From: an uncultured Desulfosarcina sp.
GTDB lineage: Bacteria; Desulfobacterota; Desulfobacteria; Desulfobacterales; Desulfosarcinaceae
DNA length: 64,000 bases
Direction: 5' to 3'
Assembly: GCA_963674945.2 (NCBI GenBank)
Contig: CAXXWQ010000004.1
Location: forward strand, 1,056,001 to 1,120,000
Shown: positions 60,686-64,000 of the stretch, piece by piece
Layout of the letters: every line of letters starts with the position of its first letter
Numbering within the stretch: position 1 is the stretch's first letter
Notes under the pieces: model-generated
What the model was told of the DNA's origin: nothing
Databases searched by the model: none
What the model saw: only the letters and a program-made list of their open reading frames with translations
Translations under genes and position numbers: made by a program

Positions 60686-62467
60686 GTGGATAATGTGAAA
60701 ACAATATTTCGGTTCGAATTCAAAGAACGGCATCGGCAGCTTCTTTCCCTGATTCGGAAAAACATCGGCGGCCTTGTGATGGCCGCCATCTGCAGCCTGA
60801 TGGTATCGGGTGCCACAACGGCCACGGGGTATCTGATCAAGCCGGTCATCGACGACATCTTTGTCAATCGGGACACCACCGGACTGATTCTCTTGCCCCT
60901 TGTGGTAATCGTCGTCTTTTTCGTCAAGGGCGTGGGCGGCTACGGTCAGAATTATTTCATGAACTACGTGGGGGAGGATATCATCCGTCGACTGCGAAAC
61001 CGCATTTACGACCGGATCCAGGATCTGCCCCTGGCGTTTTTCCAAAGGGAGCGCACCGGCACCCTCATGTCCCGCATCACCAACGACGTGAACCTGCTCA
61101 AGGCGATGGTCTCCACGTCCATTTCCGGTGCTCTTCGGGATGTATCCACCATCGTGGGCCTGACGGTGGTGATCTTCTACCTGAACTGGCGCATGGCCAT
61201 TCTCGCCTTCGTCGTATTGCCCGTCGCCTTCATACCGGTAGTAATCCTCGGCCAGAAGGTCCGACGGGTAAGCACCGGCTGCCAGCAGGCCATGGCCGAG
61301 CTCAGCGCCTTCTTGCACGAAACCATCGCCGGCAACAAGATTGTAAAGGCCTTCGGCATGGAAACCCATGAAAAGCGGCGATTCTTCGACCAGACCCGGC
61401 GTCTCTTCACCCTGGAGATCAGGGGCGTCAAGATTCGTTCCCTGGCACCGCCGATCATGGAATTTTTCGCAGGCCTGGGCATCGCCTTCGTCATCTGGTA
61501 CGGCGGGTCACAGGTCATCGACGGCGAAACGACGCCGGGAACATTCATGAGCTTTCTGGCCTGCGTCCTGCTGATCTACGACCCGGCCAGGAAACTCAGC
61601 CAGGTGAACAACGCCATTCAGCAGGGAATGGCCGCATCCGACCGGGTATTCGATATCATCGAAACCACCTCCGATATCAAGGACCCTGAAACCCCTGCCC
61701 CGCTGACCACCGGTCCCCATGATCTGGCCATGAAAAAGGTCCGGTTCAGCTATGGGGAGCGAGAGGTGGTGCGGGGCATCGATCTGACGGTGAAAAGAGG
61801 AGAGGTGTTGGCGCTGGTCGGAATGAGCGGCGGGGGCAAGAGTACCATTGCCAATCTTATCCCCCGCTTTTTCGATGTCACCGGCGGCCGAATCTGCATC
61901 GATGGCATCGATATCCGCCAATTTTCCGTGGCGGACCTTCGCCGGCAGATCGCCATTGTCACCCAGGATCCCATCTTGTTCAACGAAACGGTTCGCGACA
62001 ACATCGCTTACGGCCGTCCTGATGCCACACAAGACGATATCGTGGCCGCTGCCAAGGCCGCTTTCGCCCATGATTTCATCCTGCGTTTTCCCCAGGGGTA
62101 CGACACCAAAATCGGCGAACTGGGAACACTTCTCTCCGGCGGAGAGAAGCAGCGGCTGTGCATCGCAAGGGCCCTGATCCGAAACGCCCCCATCCTGATC
62201 CTGGACGAGGCCACCTCTTCCTTGGACTCCGAAGCCGAAGCGGTCGTGCAAAAGGCGCTGGAAAATTTAATGCACGGACGAACCACGGTGGTGATCGCCC
62301 ATCGCCTTTCCACCATCTCCAATGCAGATCACATCGCCGTGATCGTAAACGGCAATATCGTCGAGGAGGGAAGCCATGCCGCGCTGCTCGCCAAAAACGG
62401 AGAATATGCCAAGCTGTACCGGCGGCAACACGGCGCCAATGAAAAGCAATTGGAAACGACATTGTAA
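60686..62467 (+). CDS. msbA: MsbA-like lipid A-core ABC exporter
   Basis: ABC TM domain, GMSGGGKST, LSGGEKQR, ILDEATS, IAHRLSTI; LPS gene context. Confidence 0.8.
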   Translation: MDNVKTIFRFEFKERHRQLLSLIRKNIGGLVMAAICSLMVSGATTATGYLIKPVIDDIFVNRDTTGLILLPLVVIVVFFVKGVGGYGQNYFMNYVGEDIIRRLRNRIYDRIQDLPLAFFQRERTGTLMSRITNDVNLLKAMVSTSISGALRDVSTIVGLTVVIFYLNWRMAILAFVVLPVAFIPVVILGQKVRRVSTGCQQAMAELSAFLHETIAGNKIVKAFGMETHEKRRFFDQTRRLFTLEIRGVKIRSLAPPIMEFFAGLGIAFVIWYGGSQVIDGETTPGTFMSFLACVLLIYDPARKLSQVNNAIQQGMAASDRVFDIIETTSDIKDPETPAPLTTGPHDLAMKKVRFSYGEREVVRGIDLTVKRGEVLALVGMSGGGKSTIANLIPRFFDVTGGRICIDGIDIRQFSVADLRRQIAIVTQDPILFNETVRDNIAYGRPDATQDDIVAAAKAAFAHDFILRFPQGYDTKIGELGTLLSGGEKQRLCIARALIRNAPILILDEATSSLDSEAEAVVQKALENLMHGRTTVVIAHRLSTISNADHIAVIVNGNIVEEGSHAALLAKNGEYAKLYRRQHGANEKQLETTL

Positions 62468-62619
62468 TCCTAAAAGGCATTCTGTCAATTTTGATCTTTT
62501 TTATACCCGACATCACAGACAGCAACAAATGGCCGGTAATTCCTTTTGTCAAACGATGGAGCGAAGCGATCTCCACATGTTCGACGTTTTACATCGGCCT
62601 TCATCCTGGCGTGTGTCTG

Positions 62620-63489
62620 TCAAACCGACGGTTTTTGGAGATATGCCTGTAATTCATGCCCCTGCGCCAACCAGGTGGAAGGACGGTTGAGAAGTTCCGA
62701 AAATATTTTGGCCGTACGGTAGGTTAAACGGGAGACATCCCCTTTTTCATAAAAACGCACACTATGGGTGTCGACGCGCACGACAGAAAAATCGGATCTT
62801 TCCGCCAGTTTTTTTATGGACACCGGATTGAAAAAACTGATGTGCCCGCCATGTCTGTCGATATGAAAATACTCCCAACGCGCCTTCATGAATCGGGTGG
62901 TCCAGCTTCCGGCATTTCCCGTCCTGATGATGACCAGGCCTCCGGGACGCAAAATACGAGAACACTCTTTCATCAGTGCGATGGGATCTTTCAGGTGTTC
63001 AATGACCTCGAAAATGGTAATGACGGTAAAAAAGGCGTCCGGGAATTGTATCTCTTCCAGAAGACCGTTGTGAACATCCAGGCCTGATTTTTTGGCTGCC
63101 ATAGCCGGTTTTTCCGCCGGTTCAACCCCCGTAACATCAACCCCCATCGTCTTGGCTACAGAGATAAAGGCCCCGCTTGAACACCCGACATCAAGCAAAG
63201 AAAGATCATTTCGCGGTATCTTGACGATACCTTCCACCTTGGTGAGGATTTTATTGGTCATTTTTTCGAGTCTTTTAAGACTGGACCGATCGACCGGCGT
63301 GGTCCCTTCGGTTCGATCAAAATCCTCCATGGAATCATAATATTCCTCTGCACTGCACATGCTCGCCAACTGGCCGCATACGGTGCAGCGCCGTAATGGG
63401 CCTTCGGGAAGAAGGATGTCCGTCGTTATCAGGTCTGACGTACAACCTACGGGACACGCTTGAATGAAAGGACTCGGCTCACGATTCAT
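62620..63489 (-). CDS. Class I SAM-dependent methyltransferase
   Basis: N-terminal CPVGC/CTVC, LLDVGCSSG, EVIEHL, LRPGG. Confidence 0.88.
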   Translation of the reverse strand: MNREPSPFIQACPVGCTSDLITTDILLPEGPLRRCTVCGQLASMCSAEEYYDSMEDFDRTEGTTPVDRSSLKRLEKMTNKILTKVEGIVKIPRNDLSLLDVGCSSGAFISVAKTMGVDVTGVEPAEKPAMAAKKSGLDVHNGLLEEIQFPDAFFTVITIFEVIEHLKDPIALMKECSRILRPGGLVIIRTGNAGSWTTRFMKARWEYFHIDRHGGHISFFNPVSIKKLAERSDFSVVRVDTHSVRFYEKGDVSRLTYRTAKIFSELLNRPSTWLAQGHELQAYLQKPSV

Positions 63490-63552
63490 TTTGATTGTCC
63501 GCTTTTTCTCGGAACAAGAAGATGGTTCTATCCATTTCGGAGCAAACCTTGA

Positions 63553-64000
63553 CTATGGAATCTGGTTCTTTTTGTCAAATGCCCGGTCGTACAATTCCAG
63601 GGTCCGCTCTCCCATGGCATCCATGAGAAATCCTTCAGTAACGACCGTCAGCGCACGTTTCACCCGGTCCTGGGTCGTATCCGGCGCGATCAGCGTACGG
63701 ACCATGGCGTCTGCCAGCGATCCGGCGTCTTCCGGTTCGGCAAGCAGCCCGTTGACGCCATCCTCAATGAGATCCGGTATGCCGCCCACACGAGTTCCAA
63801 TGACCGGGCATTGGGCGTACATGGCCTGGGGCAACACCTGGGAGACCAGTTCGTTTTTTGTGCTTGCCAGCACCTTGAGGTCGAATGCACAAAAATACGG
63901 CCATGGATCATCACGAAAGCCGGTGAAATGAATTCTGCTGGTAAGACCCAGTCGCTGGCGCTGCGCCAAAAGGGCTCCCATCTCGTCGCCATCGCCCACA
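63553..64000 (-). CDS. GT4-family glycosyltransferase (5'-truncated by window edge)
   Basis: FTGFR, VLAS..NE, PVIGTRVGGIPDLI..GVNGLL. Confidence 0.85.
   Translation of the reverse strand, partial: VGDGDEMGALLAQRQRLGLTSRIHFTGFRDDPWPYFCAFDLKVLASTKNELVSQVLPQAMYAQCPVIGTRVGGIPDLIEDGVNGLLAEPEDAGSLADAMVRTLIAPDTTQDRVKRALTVVTEGFLMDAMGERTLELYDRAFDKKNQIP

Overview
A 64 kb chromosomal segment of mostly housekeeping genes. The gene content (iorAB, a stand-alone Fo operon atpZ-I-B-E, a second dnaA, paaK-ACT, a fused hisHF) points to a sulfate-reducing Desulfobacterota, probably Desulfobacterales; this is inferred, not proven. It holds about 60 CDS and one tRNA-Arg(UCU). I see no integrase, transposase, prophage or CRISPR array. 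Most notable: (1) four diverged copies of a ~125-bp non-coding element that folds into one long nested hairpin with compensatory base changes between copies (MITE-like or structured RNA); (2) a CoA-transferase-GNAT fusion whose catalytic Glu appears to be Gln, suggesting an acyl-CoA sensor; (3) a divergent DnaA paralog opposite uvrA, with variant DnaA-box-like 9-mers between them; (4) a sucrose synthesis and phosphorolysis operon; (5) a yeast/plant-type HisH-HisF fusion; (6) an orphan GAF-PilB/GspE ATPase; (7) a PilZ-HDOD-CheY module with sigma54- and sigma28-like promoters; (8) two inverted heptamer micro-arrays. Many start codons were moved by eye from the ORF track. All family calls come from motif recognition, not database searches.
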